The notes: a model not told the origin generated them from the sequence alone. Shown: positions 18,701 to 28,736, counted from the first letter of the stretch. The stretch: 64,000 nucleotides of DNA from Thermoanaerobaculia bacterium (GCA_963719225.1 CAVRAY010000002.1:384001-448000); one strand, 5' to 3'. Numbers and translations are program-made.

Positions 18701-20568
18701 GGACGCGCCGGAAGAAGAGCCGACAGGATCCCCGCGCCGGCCAGGCCCGTGAGCTCGAGCCACGCCGCGAAAAGGAGTAACGCGAGGAGGGAAGACCGCA
18801 GGCCCGGAAGGCCCCGTCCCGTTTCGGCGCTTTCCGCGATCGCCGGCGCCGAGACCGCGGGACGCGCGAGGAGAAGGTCGTTCCTCGTGAGGGTCTTCGA
18901 AGGTGTGGCGGAAAGGAAGGCTTTCTCGATCGCTTCGGCGGGCATGCGCTTCGTGTTCTCGAAGAACACGACTTTCGGGTGGTCGTAGACGGTGAACGAC
19001 TCGTCCGCGAGCTCGTCGGGGATCCGGATCCCCAGGAGCGACGGGCGCGAGGCGACCTCCCGTTGGAGCGTGTAGCCCAGGTCGCCGGAAAAAAGGAGGC
19101 GGAAGGCGCGGTTCGTGAGAGGGAACTTCTCGGGTGCGCGCGTGACGGCGCCGTAGAGTCGCTTCGTCTGGAGGACCAGCCAGTCCGCTTCGCCAAGCTC
19201 CCGCGCGAGCTTGGACATCTTCTCGGGCGAGTCGGGCTCGTAGAAGCCGAACGTGACGATCCTGTAGCGCTCGGCGAGGCGGCCCGGAAGGCTGAACGGG
19301 AACCCTTCGTCCCAGTCCTGCTCGAGAACCCGCGCGCCGTCCCGGACGTGGTCGTGAAACCACAGTGACGCCGTGACGGAGCTGTGCGGACGCGTGTAGA
19401 TCGAAAGGAACGCGAGGGCCCACGCGGCGGTCCCGCCCACGACGAGGACTCGCAGCGCGCGTCCCGCGCGTCCCTGCCCGGCCTTCTCGGTGAGCCAGGC
19501 CGCCGCCCAGAGAGCGAGGAGTGGATAAACGGGGAGGAGGTACCGCAGGAACTTGACCTCGAAGGTGCACGTCAGGAAGACGTAAGGCACGAAGAACGAG
19601 GCGAGGATCCACTCGGCCGGCGAAAGGGCGCGGAAGCGTCCGAGGCGCCGTCCGGCCGCCCAGAGGGCGGTGAGGCCGAGGAACGGCCCGAGGCCCCAGA
19701 GCACGATCTCCCGGGCCTCGTACAGGAAGTTCGGGACGCCGATGTACTGGTTCGTGTACGGCACGATTCCGGCGTGGCGGACCATCGCGCCCTGCTCGGA
19801 CACCGAGCGCCAGAACTCGCGGAAGTCGAGAAACGCGTAAGGCTCGCCGAGAAAGAACGCGGCGAAGGCCGCGACGCCGCCGATCGCGAGCAGAAACGCC
19901 CCCCGGCCCCAGGCGCGCGCCGGCCGGCACGCGAGAAAGACGGCGACGGCGAGCGGAAGGAAAAGCGGCGCCGCGCTCGCCTTCGTCGCGAGCGCGAAAC
20001 CGGTGAGCGCGCCGGCGAGAAGGGCGTCGCGCGAGCGCCCCCTGAGCCCGAGGCGGACCGAAGCGGCGAGCGCGAGGAGGACGAAGAGCGTCAGCGTCAC
20101 GTCCGTGGCGGCGAAGTGCGACGTCTGGAGGTGGAGGACGGAAAGCGCGAGAAGGAGGCCCGCGAGGAGGCCCGCCTTTTCGCCGTAGACGCGTCGGCCG
20201 ATGGCCGCGACGAGAAGGACGGTCAGGGCCCCGGCGAGGGCCGACAGGAAGCGGCCGACGTGGATGACCCCGTCGTAGGAGGCGAACCACCCCCGGCCGG
20301 TCACCTCGACGAGGAGCGCGGACGCCGCCTTCGTGAGATAGAAGGGCAGCGAGCCGTACGCGAAAAAGTGCGGGTTGAGCTGGAGCGGGTGGAACGAGAG
20401 CTTGAGGATCGCGTCGCCGATGGCGCGCTCGTCCGGGTGGAAGAAGTGGTTCTGGTCGAAGTCCAGCCCGACGAGGCGGATGACGAAGGCGAACAGGGCC
20501 AGAAGAAGCAGGGGTGTGCGGAACGCTCGCGGCGACGGGGCGGGTCCCGCGGGCTCTGACGGGATCAT
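15757..20568 (-). CDS. Large membrane protein: GT-C (GT39/ArnT-like) + DUF2298 (Chlor_Arch_YYY-like) + C-terminal NHL repeats
   Basis: FHPDER, NPHFFAYGSLP; NPEIFSGEKPMDFSFLN, YTYFGH, INEYPFWSFLFADLHAH, RMNTIFKF, TGLPTVLGW; NHL repeats PRGAA..VADFGNQRVQ, VADTWNGRVQ, VADTGNGRV. Confidence 0.85.
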   Translation of the reverse strand: MIPSEPAGPAPSPRAFRTPLLLLALFAFVIRLVGLDFDQNHFFHPDERAIGDAILKLSFHPLQLNPHFFAYGSLPFYLTKAASALLVEVTGRGWFASYDGVIHVGRFLSALAGALTVLLVAAIGRRVYGEKAGLLAGLLLALSVLHLQTSHFAATDVTLTLFVLLALAASVRLGLRGRSRDALLAGALTGFALATKASAAPLFLPLAVAVFLACRPARAWGRGAFLLAIGGVAAFAAFFLGEPYAFLDFREFWRSVSEQGAMVRHAGIVPYTNQYIGVPNFLYEAREIVLWGLGPFLGLTALWAAGRRLGRFRALSPAEWILASFFVPYVFLTCTFEVKFLRYLLPVYPLLALWAAAWLTEKAGQGRAGRALRVLVVGGTAAWALAFLSIYTRPHSSVTASLWFHDHVRDGARVLEQDWDEGFPFSLPGRLAERYRIVTFGFYEPDSPEKMSKLARELGEADWLVLQTKRLYGAVTRAPEKFPLTNRAFRLLFSGDLGYTLQREVASRPSLLGIRIPDELADESFTVYDHPKVVFFENTKRMPAEAIEKAFLSATPSKTLTRNDLLLARPAVSAPAIAESAETGRGLPGLRSSLLALLLFAAWLELTGLAGAGILSALLPARPGREALGRVTGVLLFAFVPWLLVAWRVAPFTRGLLAVTTLALLFAGFSGRRRAREATPTPERRKTALVFWGTFLFFLAVRALNPEIFSGEKPMDFSFLNTLLRSTELPPPEPWLAGTPLSYTYFGHFLAAAAGKLLGIHPGILFNLAIAMTAALSASAILAAGAALGGRLRTGAVAVLLALFLAPPSGPRTAFDFHFRQAGRALDWHYFWATSRVIAPNAINEYPFWSFLFADLHAHVFALPFTAAFVAALLLFVTRDRQAPFASRHAIALVGLSGLLFAALQITNGWSIPVYTCLLLFLPGVLWLGTRPAGFAGSAQALVARVFLPAAGVVLLGALLARPFWARFSPPPRNWGREVGPWAQPWDFFNVWAFFVALLVPFAFVAWKQSAAPVGRAAKAFLVLAAVALPLSLVSLSLHPPRLAETPSSGFFTAVAFLVTLLAALRRPTDDRLRPALALTAFGFAILTGCEVIYVWDRMNTIFKFHFETWLLFSLAGALAWETFRASKSIAWRAAIVLAGFAALYTTVTAFAGFLRLDRGGWPRFTLDGTAYLEKQNPSDRGAIEWINENVKGLPVLLEAQGPSYQDFTRLSMNTGLPTVLGWDYHVFQRGHAQPEIDRRKADVTAAYTLAEEEAVRRILLRYHVALVAVGNLERRIYAGGNLARFESWTDLLTPVYRNPEMVLFAVKGVFAPGVAAAPVRVEELPSAPRKEQATPSPPADAAGRVRQPRGAASDARGRVWVADFGNQRVQLFGPDGVFLLALGTRGSGPGQFNDPCGVAVSPSGLVFVADTWNGRVQVFDEKGTWLREWAGGFFGPRGIAVDAAGSVFVADTGNGRVVRFDGFGHKEAEWGTTEPGKLADPQGIAAGKDGNVYVADNGNGRIVVFDRNGGFLRAFDVPGWRREVMSEPYLAVDSKGLLWVSVPLAGEIRAYTNEGRLVTTLKGKDQPEGQKFEKPSGLALLPKSRLFVADLEGRFAIVDLPK

Positions 20569-20591
20569 TTCGCTTAAGATAGCGGGAAGAA

Positions 20592-21791
20592 GTGTACGAC
20601 ACGGATTTCGGGCCGAGCAGGCGCCCGCTCGCCGCCAACCTCGCCCTCCTGCTCGGCTCGACACTCGTGGCCCTCGCCCTCTGCGAGGTCGGCGCGCGCC
20701 TCCTTCTTCCCCCGCCCCAGACGGTCGAGGTCGAACAGAAGAAGGAGGCCTACGAAGCCCCGAAGGGCTTCGAGCGGCTCGAAACGCAGGCGGACAAGTC
20801 GATCGACTCCGTCGTCCTCTTCGGCGGTCCCCACGGCGTGAGGCTGCGACCGAACACGCACGGTGAGATTCATCAACACGTCCTGAGCCGCCGCGACGTC
20901 GTCATCGACGTCAACTCGCTCGGCCTGAGATACCCCGAGCTCCCGCCCAAGGCCTCCGACGAGTTTCGCGTCCTCGTCCTCGGGGACTCGATCACGTTCG
21001 GCGACTTCGTCCTCGAGGAAGAGACGTGGACGCGCCGGATGGAGGCGCTGACCAAGGGCAGGAAGAAGATCGTTCGTTTCATCAACGCGGGCCTGCCGGG
21101 AGCCGGCACGGCCGAGGAGCTCTCTCTCTTCCGCGAGATCGGACCGAGCGTGAAGCCCGATCTCGTCCTCGTCGGGATGTATCTCAACGACGCGCAGTCG
21201 GGAAGCCTCTTCTTCGCGAAGAAGCTCCCGGGGGTGTGGGGAAAGAGTCGATTCCTGTCCTTCCTGTCGGACCGCTTCCAGCTCCTCGACACCCGCTTTT
21301 TCAAGAGCGCTCTCCCCGGGGCGATCGATCCCGGCTGGAAGGAGACGTTCCGTGCGGGGCGGGATCTGAAGTCCGGCGACATGTTCGGGACGCGCGTCGG
21401 GTTCGACTTCGAGATCTACAACGCCTACATGGACTTCGGCCTCGGCTGGAACCCGAAGGCCTGGAAGGTCCTCGAGCCGATCACGGCTGCGCTTCGCGAC
21501 GACGTGAACAGGGAGTCCGCCCGCCTTGCCGTCCTGCTGTTTCCCGTGCACATCCAGGTGTTGGGGACCGTCGAGAGGTTCGAGCCCCAGGAGAGCTGCC
21601 GGGAGATGTGCGCGCGCCTCCACGTCCCGTTCGACGACCCCGTTCCCGAGCTGCGCAGGACCTGGCAGTCCAGGCACGAGAGGCTCTTCTACGACCACTG
21701 CCACTACACGCCGGCGGGCTACGAGGTCCTCGCGAGGCAGACGGTGGACTTTCTGGACGCTGAAAAACTGATTCCCCCGCCGGTCCGCTAG
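20592..21791 (+). CDS. Membrane-anchored SGNH/GDSL hydrolase-family protein
   Basis: N-terminal TM anchor, INSLGLR-like VNSLGLR, LGDSITFG, INAGLPG, YLND, D-H-C-H (DxxH) near the C-terminus. Confidence 0.85.
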   Translation: MYDTDFGPSRRPLAANLALLLGSTLVALALCEVGARLLLPPPQTVEVEQKKEAYEAPKGFERLETQADKSIDSVVLFGGPHGVRLRPNTHGEIHQHVLSRRDVVIDVNSLGLRYPELPPKASDEFRVLVLGDSITFGDFVLEEETWTRRMEALTKGRKKIVRFINAGLPGAGTAEELSLFREIGPSVKPDLVLVGMYLNDAQSGSLFFAKKLPGVWGKSRFLSFLSDRFQLLDTRFFKSALPGAIDPGWKETFRAGRDLKSGDMFGTRVGFDFEIYNAYMDFGLGWNPKAWKVLEPITAALRDDVNRESARLAVLLFPVHIQVLGTVERFEPQESCREMCARLHVPFDDPVPELRRTWQSRHERLFYDHCHYTPAGYEVLARQTVDFLDAEKLIPPPVR

Positions 21792-21794
21792 CTC

Positions 21795-24700
21795 ATGAAG
21801 AAGGCGAGGCTCCGCGATTCGTTGCCGCTCGCCACCGCCTTCGCCGCCTCTTTCGCGCTGCTTTGCGCCGTGGCGTTCCAGGGCCGCGGCGAAGCGGCCC
21901 GGGGCGACCGCGTCCTCGGCGCGCTCGACGGCCTCGCGTTTCGCTTTCGCGCCTCGGCGACCGTTCTTCTTCCCTGGGCGTATGCGCACCGTTCCGGGTG
22001 CGCGCTTTTCGCGACGCTCCTTCTCGTGACGATCGCGGCGGCCGCGTGCGCGCGCGGAGGCCGGCGCGGAATCCCGGCAGCGCTCCTGTCCGGAGCCCTG
22101 GCCGCCGCCGCCTGGGGCGAGATCCTCCTTCTCGAAGGCGCGCGCATCGCGGGCTGGACGTTTTTCGCCGCCGCCGTCCTGGCGGCGGGTATCGCCGCGC
22201 ACGTTCGACCACTCGCTTCGGTGCCGGGCTTTCCCGCCCTGAGCGCGGAATCCCGCCCCCGGACTTCCGGGGAATGGGCTCTTCCGGGCTGGACCGAGTC
22301 CCTCGGCCTCCTCGCGCTCGTGGTCCTCGCCCTCTTCGCGCGCGCCTGGGCCGTCAACCAGCTTCCCTCCATCTTCGACGAGGAGATGATCTCCGTCCAG
22401 ACGCAGAGCCGGACGGCCCACGGCCTGAAGCAGTTCGTGGCGACCGAGTTCGTCGGAACGAGCAACGGCCTCGCGACGCCGGCCACGAACCGGGTCGTGT
22501 TCGGGGCGCTCGGCGTCTCCCTCTACGCGACGCGCGTCACGGCCCTCGTCTGGGGCCTCGCGGCCGTGCCGCTCTTCTGGGGTCTCGTCCGACGCCTTTG
22601 CGGAGGCCCTCTCGCGACCTTCGGCGCGACGCTCCTCTTCGTCTGCGCCCCCGAGCAGCTCTTCTGGTCGAGGAGCGAGGTCTCCGTGTTCGCGCCCGTC
22701 GCGCCGCTCGGCCTCCTCTTCGCCCACGTGGGCCTGTCGATGGTGGAGCGGTTCGGAGTGGCGCCGGTCGTCCTGGCGGCGTGCCTGACTCCGGTCTGCC
22801 GCTTCTTCTACACGGCGGGCCACGTCTTCTTCGTCTACCCGGCTCTTCTCGCGGGCCACGCCGCGCTCTTCGTGAAGGGCTTCGCGCGCCGCGCGCTGCG
22901 CGCCGTGCCCGTTCTCCTCCTCGGCGTCCTCGTCTGGGGCTTCAGCGTCTCGATCGCCGTCGCCGCGGCCGGCGGCCCGAGACGGTTCGTCGATCCGGCG
23001 CAGGTGCGCGGCGAGCCGGCCTGGCGGGCCGGGTTCCCCGCAAACGCTTCGGCGGCGGAGGTCCTGCGCGGGCAGGCATCGCGCGTCGCGGGGAATCTCG
23101 TGAGCGTGGGCGCGAGCCTGACGGCGCACCAGGCATACGCGACCCACTGGTACGAGCGCTACACCGTCGTGCCCGCAAAAGATCCGATGGTCCCGGTGGG
23201 GCTCACGATCCTCGCGACCGTCGGCTTCGGCACTCTCCTCGGCCAGATCGCGGAGCGACGCGCCGCCCTCGTTCTCTTCTGGCTCGGTCTCGGCCTCCTG
23301 CCCGGCGTCCTTTCGGACGAGCCGGACGCCCGGCGGCTCTCGGTCATCTTCGTCCCGATCCTCCTGCTCGCCGCGATCGCCGTGACGACCTGGGTCCGCC
23401 TCGCGCGCGACGCCGGCGGCCGCGCCGCCGGCCACTTCGCGTGCGTGGGTGCGGGTCTCGCGATCGCGTGCGTCGCGGCGTCGGGCCTCGCGTCGAATCT
23501 GCTCCTCCCGGTCGCGCCGCTCGTGCGGGACGAGCAGATCCGCTTCGCACGCCCGCTCGTCGAAAAGAGCGACGTCGTCCTCCACAACCTCTTCTACCGG
23601 TTTGGCAAGACTCTCGAGTTCGGCTTCCTCGACCGGCTGCTCGCGCCCTCCGGGCCGTGTCTGCAGTTCGTCGACCGCGGCGACGAGCTCCTTTCGCTCC
23701 TGACGCCGAGGTGCGACTTCACCGAGGAGGTCTACGATCTGACGCTCGCGCCCGCCGAGATCGAGAAGAGGCGGCGCGCTCACCGCGCTTTGCGAGTGTC
23801 GTATCTCTTTCGCGACACGCCGTCCGCCCGAAAGGCCGTGGCCCTTCTCCCCGCGGTGGACAGCGGAGCGCGCGTCCTGGAACGCGACTGGCCCTCCATG
23901 GGAGAGCGGCTCATGGCCTTCGAGGTGAATCCCGGAGCCCTCCGCGCCGCAACGGCGCCCCAGGAGTCTCCGACCGGGGTCTCCGGCGGCTTCCTGGTGC
24001 CCAAGCCGGGATGGTACCGGCTCGTTCTGTCTCCGCCCTGCCCGGCCGCGCGGGTCGCGGCGCTCGGTTCGCGTTGGAACGGAGAAGAGGAGCGACCCCT
24101 GCTTCCGGGCATCTTTCCCTTCGAGATCTCGGGCCCGACGGCCTGCGCGTCGAGTGCGCGGCCGTATCTCGTGACCTCGGGCACCGACACACCCTTCGCG
24201 CCCGCCCTGACGACACCCGCCCTCGCCCTTTTTCCCGAGACGCGGGGCACCGAGCCGGTCCCGTTCGCGGGCTGGTCCCGCGCGCGTATCGTCCTGCGCA
24301 CGGCGGATCGGATCTCGGACTTCGGCGTCGACCGCGAAGGGCGGCTGTACGCGCTCTTCCTGCGCGACCAGGCGTGGGAAATCCGCCGATATTCGCGCGG
24401 CGGTGCCGAGACGAAGCGCGTGCGCGCGGACCTGCCGCTCGACGCGAGCACGGGGACGCTTCTCGTCGAGCCGGACGGTGGTTGCATCGCTTTTTCGCTC
24501 CGGACTTTCGAGCGCTTCGACGAGGACCTCGTGCGCCGGGAGCACTGGGAGCTTCCGGGCGGGCGCAGCGGCTCTCACGCGGCGCGCCTCCCGGGCGGAC
24601 GGCTTGCCGTTCTGACCGGAACCTTTCTCGAGATCCTGAACCCGGCGGGGCGCGTCGAAAGTACGTGGGGGTCCGAGGGAGAGTCGACCGGCCAGTTCGA

Positions 24701-25088
24701 GCTGCCGATCGCCGTGACGTTCGCGGACGAAAGGCTCGCGGTCGTCGAGGAGGCGGGGAACGTGCACGTGTTCCGCCTGACCGAAAACCCGATCACGTTG
24801 AAGAGAGAGAGCCGGTTCCAGCTCGCCTTCGCGCGCGAGCCGCATTCCGAGTATCTCCGCGGCGCCGCGCTCGACGGGTCGAGGCTCCTCGTTCCGTACA
24901 ACCCCGCCGAATTGCCGCTCATCGTGGATCTCCAGGGCACCCGCCTGATGCCGGCGCGATCCACGAGCGACCTCCATCGCCAGGACCTCGCCTGGCCCTA
25001 CCGCTTTTCGCACCTGCCGCGCGAGCTTTACGTTCTCGACGCGGTCGACTCCGCGATCCACGTCCTGACGCCGGGCGAGGCGCCGTGA
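21795..25088 (+). CDS. GT-C (GT39-like) membrane glycosyltransferase with C-terminal beta-propeller (NHL-like)
   Basis: Multiple TMs, LPSIFDEE acidic loop, GVSLYATR, GQFELPIAV propeller-like repeats. Confidence 0.7.
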   Translation: MKKARLRDSLPLATAFAASFALLCAVAFQGRGEAARGDRVLGALDGLAFRFRASATVLLPWAYAHRSGCALFATLLLVTIAAAACARGGRRGIPAALLSGALAAAAWGEILLLEGARIAGWTFFAAAVLAAGIAAHVRPLASVPGFPALSAESRPRTSGEWALPGWTESLGLLALVVLALFARAWAVNQLPSIFDEEMISVQTQSRTAHGLKQFVATEFVGTSNGLATPATNRVVFGALGVSLYATRVTALVWGLAAVPLFWGLVRRLCGGPLATFGATLLFVCAPEQLFWSRSEVSVFAPVAPLGLLFAHVGLSMVERFGVAPVVLAACLTPVCRFFYTAGHVFFVYPALLAGHAALFVKGFARRALRAVPVLLLGVLVWGFSVSIAVAAAGGPRRFVDPAQVRGEPAWRAGFPANASAAEVLRGQASRVAGNLVSVGASLTAHQAYATHWYERYTVVPAKDPMVPVGLTILATVGFGTLLGQIAERRAALVLFWLGLGLLPGVLSDEPDARRLSVIFVPILLLAAIAVTTWVRLARDAGGRAAGHFACVGAGLAIACVAASGLASNLLLPVAPLVRDEQIRFARPLVEKSDVVLHNLFYRFGKTLEFGFLDRLLAPSGPCLQFVDRGDELLSLLTPRCDFTEEVYDLTLAPAEIEKRRRAHRALRVSYLFRDTPSARKAVALLPAVDSGARVLERDWPSMGERLMAFEVNPGALRAATAPQESPTGVSGGFLVPKPGWYRLVLSPPCPAARVAALGSRWNGEEERPLLPGIFPFEISGPTACASSARPYLVTSGTDTPFAPALTTPALALFPETRGTEPVPFAGWSRARIVLRTADRISDFGVDREGRLYALFLRDQAWEIRRYSRGGAETKRVRADLPLDASTGTLLVEPDGGCIAFSLRTFERFDEDLVRREHWELPGGRSGSHAARLPGGRLAVLTGTFLEILNPAGRVESTWGSEGESTGQFELPIAVTFADERLAVVEEAGNVHVFRLTENPITLKRESRFQLAFAREPHSEYLRGAALDGSRLLVPYNPAELPLIVDLQGTRLMPARSTSDLHRQDLAWPYRFSHLPRELYVLDAVDSAIHVLTPGEAP

Positions 25089-27931
25089 GCACGTCCTCGG
25101 CGGCGCCGCTCCGGACGCTCGCCCTCCTCGCGCTCGGTTTCGCGTTCGCAGGCGAGGAGCTGATCCGGACGGGCCGGGCTCCGTGGGCCGGCATCGGCGC
25201 GCAGCTCCTCGCGTCGGGTCTCTTCGCGTGGGGCGCCTGGCCGCGGCCGGCGCCACTCGGGAATGCTCCCACGGCGCGCCGGAGAGGCACGGGCGCTCTT
25301 CTCGCATTCGCCGCCGTCTCTCTGGGCGCGATCGCGTCGATCGTGTGGTGCCTCAGGCTCTACGCCCACGGCCGCGACGTGGCCGCCGAGGGCCCGTGGA
25401 TCGCCGCGATCCTCCTGATGGCGGCGGCCGGCTTTCTCGGAGGCGAGCTCACGGCCATCGCCCCGCGCTGGGACGCCGCGCCTCCTCTCGAGAGCCGGAC
25501 CCGCCGAGGCCTCTTCGCGCTCGCGGTCGTCCTGATCCTCTGCCTCGCGGCTGCGACGCGCCTTCCCGCGCTCGACAGGATTCCCTTTGGGATTAACGCG
25601 GACGAGGGCGATCGGGCCGCGGTGTCGCTCTCGATCCTCCGGAGCCACGACGTGACGCCGCTCTTCGGCGTCGGCTGGTACCACATCAGCATCGTCTACT
25701 TCCGGCTCCTCGCGGCGGTCATGCGCGTGGCCGGAGCGACCGTTGCCGGGGCGCGGACGTTCGGCGCCCTCTGTGGAATCGCCACCGTGGGTCTCGTCCT
25801 CGCGCTCGGGGTCAAGCACTTCGGGCGTCGGGCCGGCCTTCTCGCCGGACTCCTCGTCGCTTCTTTCGGACCGGCTCTGCAGTTCTCGCGGGAGACGACG
25901 GAGGCGAGCCCCACCGCCACGCTCTGGACCGCGAGTGCGCTGCTGTTCCTCGAAGCGGCGCGCGGAGGACGTGCGTGGGCCTGGATCCTCTCGGGGCTCG
26001 CGGGAGGCTTTTCGCTCTACTTCTATCCGACGGGACGCCTGTGGAGCGTCCTCGCGATCCTTTTCGTGATCGCGCTCCTCGTGACCTCTCCGCGCGGCAC
26101 GCGCGCGAAGATCCTCTCGGGAGCGCTCCTCGCGGCGGTCGCGGCGCTCGTCATCGGCGCGCCGTTTCTCTACCGGGCGTACGTCAACCCGGACTGGTTC
26201 GTCGTGAGGGCCCGGGAGACGAGCATCTTCGTCAGCTCGAACCTGACGCGGCTGGCGTACGTCCATCGCGACTGGTCGACGCCCCGTCTCCTCCTCGCGC
26301 AGCTCGAGCGGTCGATCGGGATCTTCAACCGCTTTCCGGACGGCAACTATTTCTGGCCGACGGGAAAGCCGATCCTCCCTCCCGCGCTCGCGGCCCTGAC
26401 GATCACCGGCCTCTTCGCGAGCCTCTGGCGCGTCCGGGATCCACGGCACGCCCTCCTTTCGGCATGGTTCTGGGCCGGATTCGTGGGGGTCATCGTCACC
26501 GTAGAGACGCCAAACCTCCAACGCATGGCGACAGCGGTACCGGTGCTCGCGATCTTCGCGGCGCTCGTGCTGGACGAGGTGGTGCGCCGCTTCGCGGCGC
26601 CTCTCCAGGACCGCCGGGGCCGTGCCGCCGTGATCGCCCTCGTTTCGGCGGCCGCGCTCGCGCTGGCGGCCCGAGAGCTCGTCTTCTACTTCGGAGACTA
26701 CGCGAAGCGTGACGCGTGGCCATACCCGCGGATCGAGGGAGGCACGGTCGCGCAGGAAGGCCGCGACGCCTGGGTCGTGAGCCTCGGCAACCAGTTCCAC
26801 ATGGTCAACTCGGGCTGGGTGTATCACCTCGCGCCCGACTCCCATCGCGCGGGAATCCTCTCTCCCGGGTTCCACCTCCCCCTGACGATCCCCGCGAACC
26901 GCGATCTCGCCTTCCTTTTCTATCCCGGGCAGGACGTGTACCGGCACTTCGTCGAGGGCATCTATCCGGGTGGGAGCACGCGCCGTGTTTCGACTCCGCC
27001 CGACCAGTGGATCTTCGACGTGTATCGCGTGCCCCTCTCCACGTGGCGGGCCACGCAGGGAGCGCTCGTGCACCTCCCCGAAGGCCCCGTCCACGTGCTC
27101 TCACTCGGAGATCCCGCGCCCGCGCCGCGCTCAAGCTCGGGAGGGAGATGGACCGCGGCGATGCGCGTGCCTCGCTTCGCCAACACTGCCTTCCGCCTCG
27201 GCCCGGGACCGGCCCGCCTCACGATCGACGGCCGGGAGGTCCTGTCGGTGGCGGCGGGCGAGCCGGTGAAGGAAGTCTCCCTGTGCCTCGCGCGCGGCGA
27301 TCACTTCGTCGAGCTGGACACCGCGGGCGAGGGCCGTCCTCCCGCGCGCCTTCTCTGGGCTCCGTACCTGGCCCCGGGAGCCGAGCCCGCCTTCCAGACG
27401 ATTCCGCCCGCGATCCTGAGACCTCTCGCCGAACCTCCGGGCGGGCTCTTCGGCGTCGTGACCTTCCCCGGTGGAAGGAGGCTCGAGCGGCTCGACGGAA
27501 CGCTCGCGACGTGGAACCTTTGCGAGGAGTTTCAGTTCGGCGGCGAGCCCTTCGAGGCCGTGTGGAGGGGATCGCTCGTCCCTGCCGTTCCGGGGACCTA
27601 CAAGTTGGGACTTCTGGCCTACGGAACGGCCGAGCTCAAGATCGACGGGCGGACCATTCTCAAGAGCGAGGGGGCGCACGACGAGCCGATTGTCGCGGAC
27701 CTCGAGCTCTCGAGAGGAGAGCACGCCGTCGAGCTCACCTTCAGGCAGACCGTCGAGCCCGCGAGACTCGAATGGTCCTGGACGGAGCCCGGCGGGCAGA
27801 CCACCATCGTGCCGCCGTCCGCACTCCGTCCTCCTCGGGGCGCGGGCGTTTCGCCGCCCAGGAAGCCTGAAGACTTCGGACCGCCCGGGCGCCCCCCGCT
27901 CGTCGACCACGCCGTTTTCCTGAGGTGGTAA
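25085..27931 (+). CDS. GT-C (GT39-like) glycosyltransferase with C-terminal PA14 domain(s)
   Basis: GTGA overlap at 25085; IPFGINADEG acidic loop, FSLYFYP; PA14 pattern FEAVWRG.L....GTYKL...LKIDG...L..GEHAVEL.F......LEWSW..PGG...IVP. Confidence 0.8.
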   Translation: MSTSSAAPLRTLALLALGFAFAGEELIRTGRAPWAGIGAQLLASGLFAWGAWPRPAPLGNAPTARRRGTGALLAFAAVSLGAIASIVWCLRLYAHGRDVAAEGPWIAAILLMAAAGFLGGELTAIAPRWDAAPPLESRTRRGLFALAVVLILCLAAATRLPALDRIPFGINADEGDRAAVSLSILRSHDVTPLFGVGWYHISIVYFRLLAAVMRVAGATVAGARTFGALCGIATVGLVLALGVKHFGRRAGLLAGLLVASFGPALQFSRETTEASPTATLWTASALLFLEAARGGRAWAWILSGLAGGFSLYFYPTGRLWSVLAILFVIALLVTSPRGTRAKILSGALLAAVAALVIGAPFLYRAYVNPDWFVVRARETSIFVSSNLTRLAYVHRDWSTPRLLLAQLERSIGIFNRFPDGNYFWPTGKPILPPALAALTITGLFASLWRVRDPRHALLSAWFWAGFVGVIVTVETPNLQRMATAVPVLAIFAALVLDEVVRRFAAPLQDRRGRAAVIALVSAAALALAARELVFYFGDYAKRDAWPYPRIEGGTVAQEGRDAWVVSLGNQFHMVNSGWVYHLAPDSHRAGILSPGFHLPLTIPANRDLAFLFYPGQDVYRHFVEGIYPGGSTRRVSTPPDQWIFDVYRVPLSTWRATQGALVHLPEGPVHVLSLGDPAPAPRSSSGGRWTAAMRVPRFANTAFRLGPGPARLTIDGREVLSVAAGEPVKEVSLCLARGDHFVELDTAGEGRPPARLLWAPYLAPGAEPAFQTIPPAILRPLAEPPGGLFGVVTFPGGRRLERLDGTLATWNLCEEFQFGGEPFEAVWRGSLVPAVPGTYKLGLLAYGTAELKIDGRTILKSEGAHDEPIVADLELSRGEHAVELTFRQTVEPARLEWSWTEPGGQTTIVPPSALRPPRGAGVSPPRKPEDFGPPGRPPLVDHAVFLRW

Positions 27932-27938
27932 GCGGTGC

Positions 27939-28736
27939 TCAGGGCGCGGGTGCTTCGGCCCCGCACCAATACGCCTGTTCCGCGATCGTCTCGAGCGCGG
28001 AGGAGCGATAGCGCCCCGACTCCCACGAGCGCCGAAGCGACGCGATGCGCAGGAGCATGCCCAGGGAATGGAGACCGAGGTGCACGGTGCTTTGCCCGGA
28101 GCGGCGCAGGCGGACCGGGACGCGCTTGATCTCGAGGTTGTACTTCAGCGCGACGTAGAGGAGTTCCACGTCGCCCGCGAAGCCGTTCTCCCTGAGGAGA
28201 GGGAAGAGCGCCTCCGCGACGTCGCCGCGGAAAGCCTTCAGACCGCACTGGGTGTCGAAGAGCCCGCCGGTCACGAGCATCCGCACGAAAAAGGAGAACG
28301 CGAGAGAGGCCGTGTCGCGGTGCCACGGCACGTGGGGCCTGTAGTCGGACGCATGGAGCGTGCGGTCTCCGGTGACGACGTGGAAGCCGCGGTCGTTCAC
28401 GAGGCGGGCCATGTAGGGAACCGCGTCGAGATCGAAGGGAAGGTCGGCGTCCGTGAAGACACGGCACCGGCCTCGGCTCGCGAGCATGCCCGCCTTCAGC
28501 GCGCCGAACTTCCCGAGGTTCCTCGGGAGAGAGACGACCCTGAGGCTCCGCGCCCGGGACGTGGCGAGGCGTTCCGCGGTGCCGTCCGCGCTGCCGTCGT
28601 CGACCGCGACGATCTCCCAGGAGAGGGAGCCCCGGCCCAGGAACTCGTCCGCATCGGCGAGGCTCCGCTCGACGAAATCCGCCGCGTTGAAGACGGGCAG
28701 GACCAGGGAGAGATCGGGAGGAGCTTCGACGCTCAC
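27939..28736 (-). CDS. GT2 polyprenol-phosphate glycosyltransferase (ALG5/Dpm1-like)
   Basis: LSLVLPVFN, VDDGSADGT, NLGKFGA, FTDADL, DTQCGLKAF, DVELL; GTGA-coupled start. Confidence 0.9.
   Translation of the reverse strand: MSVEAPPDLSLVLPVFNAADFVERSLADADEFLGRGSLSWEIVAVDDGSADGTAERLATSRARSLRVVSLPRNLGKFGALKAGMLASRGRCRVFTDADLPFDLDAVPYMARLVNDRGFHVVTGDRTLHASDYRPHVPWHRDTASLAFSFFVRMLVTGGLFDTQCGLKAFRGDVAEALFPLLRENGFAGDVELLYVALKYNLEIKRVPVRLRRSGQSTVHLGLHSLGMLLRIASLRRSWESGRYRSSALETIAEQAYWCGAEAPAP

Noticed and set aside
21863-25084. N-terminal 1070 aa of the 2022-aa ORF
   Set aside because: Off-frame shadow of 21795-25088; the real gene starts at the GTGA overlap at 25085. The same applies to the extensions of 12097, 27939, 30704, 30982, 41755, 44028, 55763 and 61499.
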